DNA from: Gammaproteobacteria bacterium | Lineage (GTDB): Bacteria > Pseudomonadota > Gammaproteobacteria > Pseudomonadales > Pseudohongiellaceae | DNA: 64,000 nt | Assembly (NCBI GenBank): GCA_038148755.1 | Contig: JAYQWA010000006.1 | Coordinates: 1,782-65,781, forward strand | Direction: 5' to 3' | Part shown: positions 51,602 through 64,000 of the stretch, piece by piece | How positions within the stretch are numbered: position 1 is the first letter of the stretch | How the letters are laid out: each line of letters starts with the position of its first letter | Translations under genes and position numbers: made by a program | The notes under the pieces: generated by a model | Databases searched by the model: none | What the model was told of the DNA's origin: nothing | The model's input: the letters and a program-made list of their open reading frames with translations, nothing else

Positions 51602-52213
51602 TTATTCATCCACGTTATATCTAAATAAGTATTGAACTCCTTCAACAGGTACAGGAACCCCATCTTCAACACGCGGGTTATATTTAAATCTTGTAACTGC
51701 ACGAACAGACGCGTTATCAAATATATCAGGCGGATCAGCATCAACAACGACAGGATTTATCACCGTGCCTGTCTCTGTCACTGTAAACATAACCAGACAC
51801 CAGCCTTCAATTCCTCTGGATAAAGCTCTGTTAGGATACTGAGGTGGCACGGTAACAATAGGCAACATCTCAGAGTCATTGATACCGACAACTGCAGTAG
51901 CATCAATACCGCCTACATCCACATTAACACGAGCGACATTAATAGCATCTCCAGCACTCATATCCATTGTATCGACTTCCATATCAGGTAAGTCAGGCAC
52001 TTCCTCAGGAACATCTGGCTCTTCAGGTTTTGGCTCAACACGAGTCACTTCAATTTCAATTTCAGGAATCGAAATGTCGGCAATTCGTATTGAAGTACGC
52101 TCCTCAACGACACCCCCACCTGTTGAGATAAGCGCCTGCATCAGGTAGAACAACGAAAAAGTAATCGCTGCACCGAATAAGACTGCTACAAGGCCATTAA
52201 CTGTTCTAATCAT
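51602..52213 (-). CDS. tonB: Energy transducer TonB
   Basis: 203 aa. N-terminal TM helix, Pro/Glu-rich spacer (EPKPEEPDVPEEVPDLP), and a C-terminal TonB domain (PPQYPNRALSRGIEGWCLVMFTV...G.V). Confidence 0.85.
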   Translation of the reverse strand: MIRTVNGLVAVLFGAAITFSLFYLMQALISTGGGVVEERTSIRIADISIPEIEIEVTRVEPKPEEPDVPEEVPDLPDMEVDTMDMSAGDAINVARVNVDVGGIDATAVVGINDSEMLPIVTVPPQYPNRALSRGIEGWCLVMFTVTETGTVINPVVVDADPPDIFDNASVRAVTRFKYNPRVEDGVPVPVEGVQYLFRYNVDE

Positions 52214-52215
52214 GT

Positions 52216-52620
52216 TTATTCCTCCGCAGCTATCTGAACGCTGACGACCCCTGCCTCGCGGGCCGCACTCATTATTGTAATGACATGCTCGTTAGTCGCC
52301 GCCTGGTCTGCCTGGATAATAACAGGTGCATTAGGCGCATCTGACAAGCGTTGCTCTAGACGAAAACGCATATTTCTAGGCTCAATGATATCACCATCCA
52401 TAAAAATCTCGCCAGCAGGCGAAATCGCTACAAGAATAGGATCAAGATTAGTGAATTCGGCCATAGAAGCCTGGGGCTTAAGAACGTCATAACCTGCTTC
52501 TTTGACGAAAACAGCTGTTACAATAAAAAATATAAGCAGGATAAACACCACATCCAGCATAGGAGTGAGATCAATTTCACCTGCTTGACCTTCTTCTTTA
52601 TCTTTAGCTAAACTTCTCAT
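52216..52620 (-). CDS. exbD: Biopolymer transport protein ExbD/TolR
   Basis: 134 aa. Motif IDLTPMLDVVFILLIFFIVT. Confidence 0.9.
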   Translation of the reverse strand: MRSLAKDKEEGQAGEIDLTPMLDVVFILLIFFIVTAVFVKEAGYDVLKPQASMAEFTNLDPILVAISPAGEIFMDGDIIEPRNMRFRLEQRLSDAPNAPVIIQADQAATNEHVITIMSAAREAGVVSVQIAAEE

Positions 52621-52675
52621 ATTATTTTTTCTTTATTTTCAGTTAGTTATACAGGTTAGTTAAAGTATAATTTAA

Positions 52676-53209
52676 TTATGCGTGTTGCACTGTTAAGTGA
52701 TCCTCAAGGAGTTCTATCTCCCTATTGGATTTATGCTTAATCCAGTTACTGGCAAAAATCCCTGACAGGGCACCAACCATTCCCGCCATAGTAGGAATCG
52801 TTGCTTTTGCTACACCGCCAGACATCTGTTTTGCGTCACCGCCACCAGTCACAGCCATCACATAAAATACTTCAATCATGCCTGTTACTGTACCTAATAA
52901 ACCAAGTAAAGGGCAAACGACAACCAATGCTTCAATCATAGGTATTGGTGATTTTAAATCCAGAGATACACGTGAAATCAGCTGCTGTCGTACAGCATGA
53001 GCATGCCAGGATTTTTTATCTGAGCGCTTTTCCCACTCAGACAATGCAGCAGCTGTATTCCTTTTGTGCACGCTGTTAAGAAACCAAAGTCTCTCAAACA
53101 GCATGCTCCATTTCACAAATAACAGCAAAGCTATCAACCAGAGTACCGGTCCACCTCTATCCATAAAGTCAGAGATGGACTCAAGTGCAGTCTGAAAAAA
53201 GTCAAACAT
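52676..53209 (-). CDS. exbB: MotA/TolQ/ExbB proton channel protein
   Basis: 177 aa. Three TM helices and the motif PLLGLLGTVTGMIEVF. Confidence 0.9.
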   Translation of the reverse strand: MFDFFQTALESISDFMDRGGPVLWLIALLLFVKWSMLFERLWFLNSVHKRNTAAALSEWEKRSDKKSWHAHAVRQQLISRVSLDLKSPIPMIEALVVVCPLLGLLGTVTGMIEVFYVMAVTGGGDAKQMSGGVAKATIPTMAGMVGALSGIFASNWIKHKSNREIELLEDHLTVQHA

Positions 53210-53237
53210 AATAAGCTATCCTCTTTAAAAGTGTAAC

Positions 53238-54653
53238 TTAAGCGTTTGAGCCGCTACTTTCAGCTTTTCTAGCAATAATACCCGTCGCCTGCTCTTCCAT
53301 AATATGAAGAATACGGTCGCTGCGACTCTTAATTAAAGTATGTATAAGCACCGTAGGTATGGCAACTGAAATACCTAGTACAGTAGTTACCAGAGCGCCA
53401 GAAATACCACCCGCCATAATCTGCGGATCACCTGTACCAAACAGAGTAATCTGCTGGAACACTTCAATCATACCGGTAACCGTACCCAACAATCCCATCA
53501 AAGGAGCAACGGTGGAAATAATTTTCACTAAAGTCAGGAATCTTTCCAGAGCCGGAGTTTCTTGAAGAATAGCTTCTCCCAATTTCAGTTCCAGAGTCTC
53601 AATATCCATGGTTTTGTCATTCTCATAAACCATCAACACACGACCCAGAGGGTTGCTCTTATTGGGTTTAGCTGTATTTTTCAGCTGAGAATTAACTTTT
53701 GCACCAACGATAGTAAGGTAGATCATTTTGTAAATGGCAAAAAGCATTGCGATAACACCAACCACAATAATGATCGATCCGATCGTACCACCCTGTTCAC
53801 CATAACGGGTTTGAAAATCAGGACTGCTGATTAATGCAGCAAGATAAGAACCACCAGTAGGACCTGTTGGGTCAATACCCACTCTGGTAAAGCCAGAAGT
53901 AGAATTCTGGAGTTCTAATGAAGCATTTTGATAAAGGCTTGGATTAAAGGTTCCGCCAGAAGGCTGTGCGGGCAAAACACTCAATCGACCCGTTGAGGAA
54001 TCATATTCGAGATATTCTCCATCTGAAACAATGTTATAGGAACCAACCCTGACGACTTCACGATTACTTTGACTACCATCCGCACCAGCAACCAACGCAT
54101 CAAACTTCACAATTCGACCAGACTCAGTCATTTCCTGCTGTAAGAAGAACCAAAGACGCTCTAGCTCTTCAATGCTGGGAAGCTGAGAGTCACTTGCCAT
54201 AATACCAGCAAGTTCTGTCAGAAATTCTTCACGACCAGTAAACTGAGCACTGATGAGAGACTGCTCAAAATTACTACGAGTATCACCAACTACACCTGCA
54301 ATTGTTCCAAACAACTCTTCTAAATCCCCAATACGCTCTTGTAATGTCTCATTACGCTGGGCTTTGATGATTTCATTTTCATCATAAGTAGCTTCAAGTT
54401 GCGCACTTATTGCTTCTTCTTCTTCGCGTGCCGCAACAACATCATTTAGCATTTGCTGACGCTGATTAACGTTGCTCTCAAATCGAGCTATACGGTCACG
54501 CTGCTCCTGAGTTTCAGTTAAGCTGGCGTTTTCAACTAATTGCAATAATTCATCAAGGCTTCTTGGATCAGATTCCTGAGCTACAGACTGAAACGAGGTC
54601 AAGCAAATAGCCGCCGAAGCCAATGTTAAACCAAATGTTTTTATTAATTTCAT
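53238..54653 (-). CDS. ttpC: Long MotA/TolQ/ExbB-family protein (TtpC-like) with periplasmic coiled-coil N-domain
   Basis: 471 aa. Signal peptide, about 280 aa of coiled-coil/periplasmic domain, then an ExbB-type channel domain (APLMGLLGTVTGMIEVF). Confidence 0.78.
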   Translation of the reverse strand: MKLIKTFGLTLASAAICLTSFQSVAQESDPRSLDELLQLVENASLTETQEQRDRIARFESNVNQRQQMLNDVVAAREEEEAISAQLEATYDENEIIKAQRNETLQERIGDLEELFGTIAGVVGDTRSNFEQSLISAQFTGREEFLTELAGIMASDSQLPSIEELERLWFFLQQEMTESGRIVKFDALVAGADGSQSNREVVRVGSYNIVSDGEYLEYDSSTGRLSVLPAQPSGGTFNPSLYQNASLELQNSTSGFTRVGIDPTGPTGGSYLAALISSPDFQTRYGEQGGTIGSIIIVVGVIAMLFAIYKMIYLTIVGAKVNSQLKNTAKPNKSNPLGRVLMVYENDKTMDIETLELKLGEAILQETPALERFLTLVKIISTVAPLMGLLGTVTGMIEVFQQITLFGTGDPQIMAGGISGALVTTVLGISVAIPTVLIHTLIKSRSDRILHIMEEQATGIIARKAESSGSNA

Positions 54654-54657
54654 GTTC

Positions 54658-55452
54658 TTACTCCGGTGCTGCGATCGGTAAATCTAATAATTGGGTTGTT
54701 TCTAAATCTTGGGCCATACGAATACCTAAGGCTATAGGACGTCTATACTCATCATCCAGAGCTACCCACTGATTAGTGCTTTTATCCCAGACTCCGGTGG
54801 AACTTTGATCACTTGTCTGATATAGCAAGGCAACACGACCAACTTTAAGTATATCTACATCACGCTCTACTCCACCTATTTCGAGCGTATCAGTGTAGTG
54901 ATCCACGCTTCGGCCATAAGCGCTCTCAATTTGATAGGCCTGCAATACCAAGCGGAATTTCTCCGCTACATTTACACTGGAGTCATCAAAAGTATTTCGT
55001 ATTGTATTCAGACGTGCCTGTCTTTCCTCAATCTGGAAAGGAATATCCAACGCAACAAATTGCTCCAGAGCCACCATCATTCTTTCCATTAAAGGCGCAA
55101 TCTGGCGCTGTAGTTCTGCTGCCTGAGCAATCGACTCATCATACTCGGCAATCGTTCTTTCCTGCTGGGCAATTGTTCGTCGCATACCAGCATTATAAAT
55201 TTCCAGACCATCTACGAGTTTTGCCTGCTCTCTGAACTCAAATGTCAATTCTGAAGCTTCATCAGACAATTGGTTGATCTGAACCTGCATTTCCGCACCC
55301 ATTGCAAAAATTTCTGCGGACTGAGCAGAAATTTCATCCAGAATACTGGTGTCTATCACGGTATCTTGTGCCGAAAGTGGCCCAATATTAAGAAGTACTG
55401 GAGCTACCAGTAATGAAGCATACATTTGCTTCTTAAAACGTTGGTATTTCAT
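54658..55452 (-). CDS. ttpB: DUF3450 periplasmic coiled-coil protein (TtpB-like)
   Basis: 264 aa. Signal peptide, coiled coil and the motif EKFRLVLQAYQIESAYGRS. It is the first gene of the cluster. Confidence 0.72.
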   Translation of the reverse strand: MKYQRFKKQMYASLLVAPVLLNIGPLSAQDTVIDTSILDEISAQSAEIFAMGAEMQVQINQLSDEASELTFEFREQAKLVDGLEIYNAGMRRTIAQQERTIAEYDESIAQAAELQRQIAPLMERMMVALEQFVALDIPFQIEERQARLNTIRNTFDDSSVNVAEKFRLVLQAYQIESAYGRSVDHYTDTLEIGGVERDVDILKVGRVALLYQTSDQSSTGVWDKSTNQWVALDDEYRRPIALGIRMAQDLETTQLLDLPIAAPE

Positions 55453-55505
55453 GAGTCATCCCATTTATTTATAAATATAAGAAACTTTTTTTTACCCTGA
55501 ATGGC

Positions 55506-55524
55506 GATAAGATTATTTTAAATA
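55506..55524. promoter_or_regulatory. Weak Fur-box-like sequence upstream of the TonB2-type operon
   Basis: GATAAGATTATTTTAAATA compared with the consensus GATAATGATAATCATTATC. The match is partial, in an AT-rich context, 54-72 nt upstream of the ttpB ATG. Confidence 0.22.
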
Positions 55525-55565
55525 CTTATTTCATGCCGCCATTAAAATCTATTTAAATTGTTTTT

Positions 55566-55594
55566 GCACCTCTGCTTTAGCATAGCAGAGGTGC
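55566..55594. other. GC-rich 10-bp perfect hairpin downstream of sucD; function unclear
   Basis: GCACCTCTGC-tttagcata-GCAGAGGTGC. On the suc (minus) strand it is followed by AAAAAC rather than a U-run, so it is not a canonical intrinsic terminator in either orientation. Confidence 0.5.
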
Positions 55595-55675
55595 GGAGCA
55601 TAACAAATAGTGATGGCATATTGAAACAATAAATAGCTAAAAATTGACAGTTTATTGAGATATTTTAAGCCTGCT

Positions 55676-56548
55676 TTACCAAGCAGCTGCTGCCCTAAGA
55701 CCATCACCTATTTCCGCCAGACTTCTAACGGTTGTCACGCCAGCATCATTCAAGGCTGCAAATTTTTCATCCGCAGTCCCCTTGCCCCCAGAAATAATTG
55801 CACCAGCATGCCCCATACGCTTGCCTGGAGGAGCCGTAACGCCAGCTATATAAGAGACAACTGGCTTACTTACATGCTCTTTAATAAAGGCAGATGCTTC
55901 TTCTTCAGCAGTACCTCCAATCTCACCAATCATCACTATCGCTTCAGTTTGGTCGTCTTTTTCAAGCAAACTCAAAATATCAATAAAACTTGAGCCGGGT
56001 ATTGGGTCTCCACCAATGCCAACACAGGTCGACTGTCCAAAGCCGGCATCTGTAGTTTGCTTAACAGCTTCATAAGTCAATGTCCCTGACCTTGATACAA
56101 TGCCTACTTTCCCAGGCAAATGTATATGGCCGGGCATGATGCCAATCTTGGATTCTCCAGGCGTTATAATGCCTGGACAGTTAGGACCAATTAAACGAAC
56201 CTGCTCACGATCACAGGCTACTTTTACGTCAAGCATATCCAGAGTTGGAATACCCTCAGTAATACAAACTATTAGCTTAATCCCGGCAGACACAGCTTCC
56301 AGAATAGAGTCTTTGCAAAAAGGCGCTGGTACATAAATGACAGATGCTTCCGCACCAGTCTCTGCAACTGCATCCGAAACTGTATTAAATACCGGCAGCC
56401 CCAGATGGATTTGACCACCTTTGCCTGGAGTAACACCGCCAACCATTCGTGTGCCATACTCAATTGCCTGCTCTGAATGATAGGTTCCCTGTGAGCCTGT
56501 GAAGCCCTGACAAATAACTTTAGTCTCTTTATTTAACAAAATGCTCAT
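55676..56548 (-). CDS. sucD: Succinate--CoA ligase (ADP-forming) alpha subunit
   Basis: 290 aa. Motifs [23 protein letters not shown] and the catalytic His in GHAGAII. Confidence 0.97.
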   Translation of the reverse strand: MSILLNKETKVICQGFTGSQGTYHSEQAIEYGTRMVGGVTPGKGGQIHLGLPVFNTVSDAVAETGAEASVIYVPAPFCKDSILEAVSAGIKLIVCITEGIPTLDMLDVKVACDREQVRLIGPNCPGIITPGESKIGIMPGHIHLPGKVGIVSRSGTLTYEAVKQTTDAGFGQSTCVGIGGDPIPGSSFIDILSLLEKDDQTEAIVMIGEIGGTAEEEASAFIKEHVSKPVVSYIAGVTAPPGKRMGHAGAIISGGKGTADEKFAALNDAGVTTVRSLAEIGDGLRAAAAW

Positions 56549-57714
56549 TACTTGCCCTCCGCTGCTTTGACTACCTGCTCAGCAGCATCAGTAAGGCTCG
56601 TCGCAGCAATAATATTCAAGCCACTTTCTGCCAGCACTTTTGTTCCAAGCTCTGCATTATTACCTTCTAACCTGACCACCACTGGTACTTTTACCCCAAC
56701 TTCTTCAACCGCACCAATAACGCCTTCTGCAATCAAGTCACAGCGTACTATCCCGCCAAATATGTTAACCAGAACGGCTTTGACATTGTCATCGGACAAT
56801 ATGATTTTGAATGCTTCTGACACTCTTTCCTTGGTGGCTCCACCACCTACATCAAGAAAATTTGCTGGCTGCCCACCGTGGAGCTTGACGATATCCATGG
56901 TGCCCATAGCTAAACCAGCACCATTCACCATACAGCCTATATTGCCTTCCAGGGCAACATAATTCAGCTCCCAAACTGCAGCCTGTGCTTCTCTCTCATC
57001 TTCCTGTGAAGGATCATGCATTTCTTTGATTTTTGGCTGCCTGTATAAAGCATTACCATCAATATTTAATTTCGCATCCAGACAATGCAGATTACCTTCT
57101 TTAGTAATGACTAATGGGTTAATTTCCAATAGAGCCAGATCACAGTCTTCAAAAATTTTCGCCAACCCAAGAAATATTTTCGTGAATTGCTTAACTTGGT
57201 CTGCATTCAGGCCCAGTTTAAAGGCCAGTTCCCTAGCTTGATAAGGCTGGGCGCCGACCAAAGGATCAATCGTAGCTTTTAAAATAAGTTCAGGTGTTTC
57301 CTCGGCAACTTTTTCTATCTCGACCCCACCTTCAGTAGAAGCCATAAACACAATACGTCTGGATGAACGGTCCACAACAGCACCCAGATAAAGCTCCTGA
57401 TCAATATCCGTACAGGCCTCAACTAAAATTTTACTAACGGGTTGTCCATTTTTATCGGTTTGATAAGTAACCAGATTTTTGCCTAACCATTTCTCGGCGA
57501 AGGCTTTTATTTCCTCTTTGCTGGAAACCAGTTTTACGCCACCAGCTTTACCCCTTCCTCCTGCATGGACCTGAGCTTTTACCACCCACTCATTGCCACC
57601 TATTTTATCCGCAGCCGCAGCAGCTTCCGCAGGGGTTTCGCAGGCAAAGCCTACAGATACAGGCAAACCATATTCGGCAAAAAGCTGTTTTGCCTGATAC
57701 TCATGTAAATTCAT
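56548..57714 (-). CDS. sucC: Succinate--CoA ligase (ADP-forming) beta subunit
   Basis: 388 aa. Motifs [30 protein letters not shown] and [10 protein letters not shown]. Its stop overlaps the sucD ATG. Confidence 0.97.
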   Translation of the reverse strand: MNLHEYQAKQLFAEYGLPVSVGFACETPAEAAAAADKIGGNEWVVKAQVHAGGRGKAGGVKLVSSKEEIKAFAEKWLGKNLVTYQTDKNGQPVSKILVEACTDIDQELYLGAVVDRSSRRIVFMASTEGGVEIEKVAEETPELILKATIDPLVGAQPYQARELAFKLGLNADQVKQFTKIFLGLAKIFEDCDLALLEINPLVITKEGNLHCLDAKLNIDGNALYRQPKIKEMHDPSQEDEREAQAAVWELNYVALEGNIGCMVNGAGLAMGTMDIVKLHGGQPANFLDVGGGATKERVSEAFKIILSDDNVKAVLVNIFGGIVRCDLIAEGVIGAVEEVGVKVPVVVRLEGNNAELGTKVLAESGLNIIAATSLTDAAEQVVKAAEGK

Positions 57715-57852
57715 TTAAAAAATATCCTCATTGAGTTGAACAGAGCAGACGCAAACAAAAGATATTTGTTTGCCTGAGTTAGGCAGCCGCTCTTGCTATT
57801 TTCTCCTACTTACCTATCTTTTTAGTTAACTTTTTACTTAACTTTTTGCGTT

Positions 57853-60542
<2,690 letters not shown>

Positions 60543-60580
60543 GATTTTTCCTTTTTACACTTAAAGGCTGAATTGATTAA

Positions 60581-63448
60581 TCAGTCGTCTTTACTGAGAC
60601 CCAGAGCATCGAGCACCAATTTTTCTTGCTGCGCAACATGCAAGGCTGTATAGCCGGCGGCTGGTGAAGCAGATAGATCCCTGCCCGCATAAGTCAATAC
60701 CAACTCCGGATTAAGTCTCCTTAATACATTTTTCATGTGATGCTGACTCGGGTACCAGGCACCCATGTTTTGAGGTTCTTCCTGACACCAGATCGCTTCT
60801 TTTAAGTTTTCATAGGGTGTCAGCATTTTATGCAGGGTGTCTTCCGGAAAAGGATACAACTGTTCCAAACGCAGAATAGCCACATGCTCAAGCCCTTCTT
60901 CCCGACGTTTGGCACGTAATTCATAATAAACCTTGCCGCTACACATAATCGCCCGCGTGACTTTTTTTGGATCAATATCATCAGTTTCTCGCAACACTCT
61001 GTGAAAGCGACCATTTGCCAAATCCTCATAACTGGAAATGGCTTCTTTATGCCTTAACAGGCTTTTTGGGGTCATTACCACCAAGGGCTTTCTCAGGGGG
61101 CGCATCATTTGTCTGCGTAACATGTGAAAAATCTGCGCCGGGTTTGTTGGAACACAAACCTGAATATTGCCTTCTGCACAAAGCTGCAAAAATCTTTCCA
61201 GACGCGCAGAAGAGTGCTCAGGTCCCTGTCCTTCGTAACCATGAGGCAAAAACATAGTAAGGCCACATAACCTTTCCCATTTTATTTCACCGCTACTTAC
61301 GAACTGATCAATAACCACCTGGGCACCATTAGCGAAATCACCAAATTGTGCTTCCCAAATGACCAAAGCATCAGGGCGCGTAGTGGCATAACCATATTCA
61401 AAAGCAAGCACCGCTTCTTCAGACAGTAATGAATCATAAATGACGAATTTGCGTTGAGATTCCGAGATGAAACTTAGAGGCACATAAGGTTCGCCGGTCA
61501 CTTGATCATATAAAACCGCATGTCGATGAGAAAAGGTGCCACGTCCCACATCCTGGCCAGTAAGACGAACTTTATAGTTATTATCTACCAAGCTGGCATA
61601 GGCAAGAAGTTCTGCTCCGCCCCAGTCAAAAGGCTGCTCCCCATTTGCCATGGCAGCTCTCGATTCCAGTACTTTTGCTACCTGCCTGTTGACCTTAAAT
61701 CCTTCAGGAATCTCTACTAATTTATGAGCAAGCTCTTTCAGCTTATCTAAATTAATGGTCGTATCACATTTCATGTCTGTGTCATGACCAAGATACGGAC
61801 GCCAATCAACAAAAAGCGCTGTATTAGGAGCATGTACTAGACTTTTAACGACATGCGTTCCTTCATCTAAAGCTTTACGATAACTAGTATTCATTTCGTC
61901 AGCTTCTGCTTGAGAAATCAAACCTTCAGCAATTAGTTTTTTTGCATAAAGTGTACGAGTCGTTGGCTGTTTTTTAATAACGTCATACATAAGTGGCTGG
62001 GTTGCAGAAGGCTCATCTGTTTCATTGTGCCCACGACGCCTGTAACAAATTAAATCAACGACCACGTCTTTTCTGAATTTGTTTCGGAAATCCAACGCGA
62101 GCTGAGTTACAAATAACACAGCTTCAGGATCATCGCCATTCACATGGAAAATAGGCGCCTGCACCATTTTAGCCACATCGGTACAGTATTCTGTTGAGCG
62201 AGCATCATCCTGCCGACTGGTCGTAAAGCCAACCTGATTATTAATGATAATGTGCACCGTGCCGCCTGTCCCATACCCTCTGGTTTGAGACATCTGCAAG
62301 GTTTCCATGACAACGCCTTGACCAGCAAAAGCAGCATCACCGTGAATACACAAAGGCAGAACAGTTTCACCAATAGGATCTTTACGGCGATCCTGACGTG
62401 CTCTTACCGACCCAGTGATCACAGGAGAGCCAATTTCAAGATGCGAGGGATTAAAACCCATGCTGCAATGCACTTCGCCACCAGGCGTCATGACATTGGA
62501 AGAAAAACCCTGATGGTATTTCACATCACCGGAACCACTATAAATAGCTTTTCCTTCAAATTCATTGAACAGGTCTGAAGGGTTCTTACCTAAAGTATTT
62601 ACCAGTACATTCAGACGTCCACGGTGCGCCATGCTTATTACAATTTCTTTTGCACCATGTTCACCAGCGCGCTGAATAATGTCATCGACAGCATGAATAA
62701 GACTCTCACCGCCCTCCAGTCCAAAACGTTTCGTTCCTGGATATTTTGAATCTAAATGTTTCTCAAGACCTTCAGCGGCACTTAAGCGCTCCAGAATGTG
62801 CAACCTTGTTTCATCAGGAAAGCCAAAATTTCCTGAATTACTTTCAATACGGCGTTGAATCCATTGCTTCTGTTCTAAATCCACAATACCCATAAACTCA
62901 TAACCAATGGAATTACAGTAAATACTTTCCAGCACTGCAATAATATCGGCAAGTTTGGCTTCACTTTGAGGCACAAATAAAGGTTGCGTTTTAAAAGTGG
63001 TATTCAGGTCTGTCGCAGATAAATGATGAAAATCCAGTTTCAAATCCGGTACTTCTTCCCGATGCATAATCCCTAAAGGATCGAGTTTGGCCTGTTGATG
63101 CCCTCTTACCCTGTAAGAGCTGATGAGCTGAACGACATTAACCTGTTTAGCTTCATGTATTACCGAAACCTGTTGATGATCGGCCGCGACTGGCATGGCA
63201 ATCGATGCAATACCACGTCGAGGCAGGCCTTCAAACTGTTTTTCAATAGCTGAAAGCGAAACTTCCACCTGAGCATGATCTTTGCCATTAACATAGGGAA
63301 GATCGTTGAAATATTTTTGCCATTGCTCAGAAACAGAAGCCGGATCCGCCAGGTAGGCTTCATAAAGCTCTTCAATATATTCCAGGTTAGCGCCAGAGAT
63401 ATGACTGGAAGCAAGCATCAGCTCACGAAAATTTTCAGTATTGGACAT
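60581..63448 (-). CDS. sucA: 2-oxoglutarate dehydrogenase E1 component
   Basis: 955 aa. Motifs GANLEYIEELYEAYL, MAHRGRLNVL, HGDAAFAGQGVV and LPHGYEGQGPEHSSARLERFLQL. Confidence 0.97.
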   Translation of the reverse strand: MSNTENFRELMLASSHISGANLEYIEELYEAYLADPASVSEQWQKYFNDLPYVNGKDHAQVEVSLSAIEKQFEGLPRRGIASIAMPVAADHQQVSVIHEAKQVNVVQLISSYRVRGHQQAKLDPLGIMHREEVPDLKLDFHHLSATDLNTTFKTQPLFVPQSEAKLADIIAVLESIYCNSIGYEFMGIVDLEQKQWIQRRIESNSGNFGFPDETRLHILERLSAAEGLEKHLDSKYPGTKRFGLEGGESLIHAVDDIIQRAGEHGAKEIVISMAHRGRLNVLVNTLGKNPSDLFNEFEGKAIYSGSGDVKYHQGFSSNVMTPGGEVHCSMGFNPSHLEIGSPVITGSVRARQDRRKDPIGETVLPLCIHGDAAFAGQGVVMETLQMSQTRGYGTGGTVHIIINNQVGFTTSRQDDARSTEYCTDVAKMVQAPIFHVNGDDPEAVLFVTQLALDFRNKFRKDVVVDLICYRRRGHNETDEPSATQPLMYDVIKKQPTTRTLYAKKLIAEGLISQAEADEMNTSYRKALDEGTHVVKSLVHAPNTALFVDWRPYLGHDTDMKCDTTINLDKLKELAHKLVEIPEGFKVNRQVAKVLESRAAMANGEQPFDWGGAELLAYASLVDNNYKVRLTGQDVGRGTFSHRHAVLYDQVTGEPYVPLSFISESQRKFVIYDSLLSEEAVLAFEYGYATTRPDALVIWEAQFGDFANGAQVVIDQFVSSGEIKWERLCGLTMFLPHGYEGQGPEHSSARLERFLQLCAEGNIQVCVPTNPAQIFHMLRRQMMRPLRKPLVVMTPKSLLRHKEAISSYEDLANGRFHRVLRETDDIDPKKVTRAIMCSGKVYYELRAKRREEGLEHVAILRLEQLYPFPEDTLHKMLTPYENLKEAIWCQEEPQNMGAWYPSQHHMKNVLRRLNPELVLTYAGRDLSASPAAGYTALHVAQQEKLVLDALGLSKDD

Positions 63449-63476
63449 AGCCTTTCCTTCAACTCTTCCCTTTAGC

Positions 63477-64000
63477 TCAAGTGGCGCGTTCCATCAACAT
63501 GGACCGGATATGACCAATTGCACGAGTAGGATTTAAGCCTTTTGGACAAACTGCAACACAGTTCATGATTCCTCGACACCTGAAGACACTAAAAGGGTCT
63601 TCCAAATCTGACAGTCTTTCATCGGTATGAGTATCCCGGCTATCTGCCAGAAAACGATAGGCTTGCAGCAAGCCTGCCGGACCTACAAATTTATCCGGAT
63701 TCCACCAGAAAGAAGGACAGTTTGTTGAACAGCAGGCGCAAAGAATACACTCATATAAGCCATCGAGTTTCGCTCTATCTTCCGGTGATTGCAGACGTTC
63801 AACAGCCGGTGGTGGTTCATCATTTTGCAGATAGGGTTTAATTTTTTCATACTGCTTGTAAAAAGCGCTCATATCAACAACCAGATCGCGAATGACTGGC
63901 AAACCAGGCAATGGACGCAAAACCAGCTTATTGTTTTTGATAACAGTAGATACTGGCGTAATACAGGCCAAACCATTTTTACCATTCATATTGATGCCAT
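63477..64000 (-). CDS. sdhB: Succinate dehydrogenase iron-sulfur subunit (5' end outside window)
   Basis: The frame is open to the window end (...[15 protein letters not shown]). Fe-S Cys clusters [16 protein letters not shown] and [19 protein letters not shown]. Confidence 0.93.
   Translation of the reverse strand, partial: GINMNGKNGLACITPVSTVIKNNKLVLRPLPGLPVIRDLVVDMSAFYKQYEKIKPYLQNDEPPPAVERLQSPEDRAKLDGLYECILCACCSTNCPSFWWNPDKFVGPAGLLQAYRFLADSRDTHTDERLSDLEDPFSVFRCRGIMNCVAVCPKGLNPTRAIGHIRSMLMERAT

Overview
This window is a gene-dense, mostly minus-strand stretch of core chromosome from a Gammaproteobacterium, with about 57 protein-coding genes. I cannot assign a genus and did not compute GC content.

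**Gene content**
- Housekeeping clusters: the 3' part of an AddA/UvrD-type helicase-nuclease gene, a DAHP synthase gene, an MscS-family channel gene, topA, ilvE and pyrD.
- A Pseudomonas-like block: aroC, leuCD, asd, fimV, truA, trpFBA, accD, folC, dedD, cvpA, purF.
- Further housekeeping genes: prmB, folE, sixA, gpsA, cysE, argS, a monomeric icd and htpG.
- The TCA block sdhB(partial)-sucA-sucB-lpdA-sucC-sucD.
- Two known multi-gene envelope systems:
  - a six-gene MoxR-DUF58-DUF4381-BatA-BatB/C-BatD operon, whose function is only partly understood;
  - a TonB2-type cluster, ttpB-ttpC-exbB-exbD-tonB-ttpD.

**What is absent**
I found no rRNA, tRNA, CRISPR array, transposase, integrase, phage gene or recognisable defence gene. 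I see no convincing evidence for a new multi-gene system.

**Points worth a second look, all local**
1. A secreted protein between cysE and argS matches the collagen XVIII endostatin domain motif by motif, including the four-Cys pattern.
2. Its neighbour is a Tat-exported IorB-like molybdopterin subunit with no Fe-S partner gene. The pair follows a tract that is almost pure A/T.
3. A Tat-signal M15 (VanY-like) peptidase gene is interrupted by one in-frame TAA.
4. The conserved N-terminus of truA, including the catalytic Asp, has no ATG, GTG or TTG start. An ATC sits exactly where Met is expected.
5. A 343-bp non-coding gap holds a possible remnant of a MoxR-type ATPase gene.
6. A ROSE-like RNA thermometer hairpin lies over the ibpA Shine-Dalgarno sequence.
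7. Several convergent gene pairs have stop codons that overlap inside palindromes.

All family assignments come from motif recognition by eye. No database search was run.
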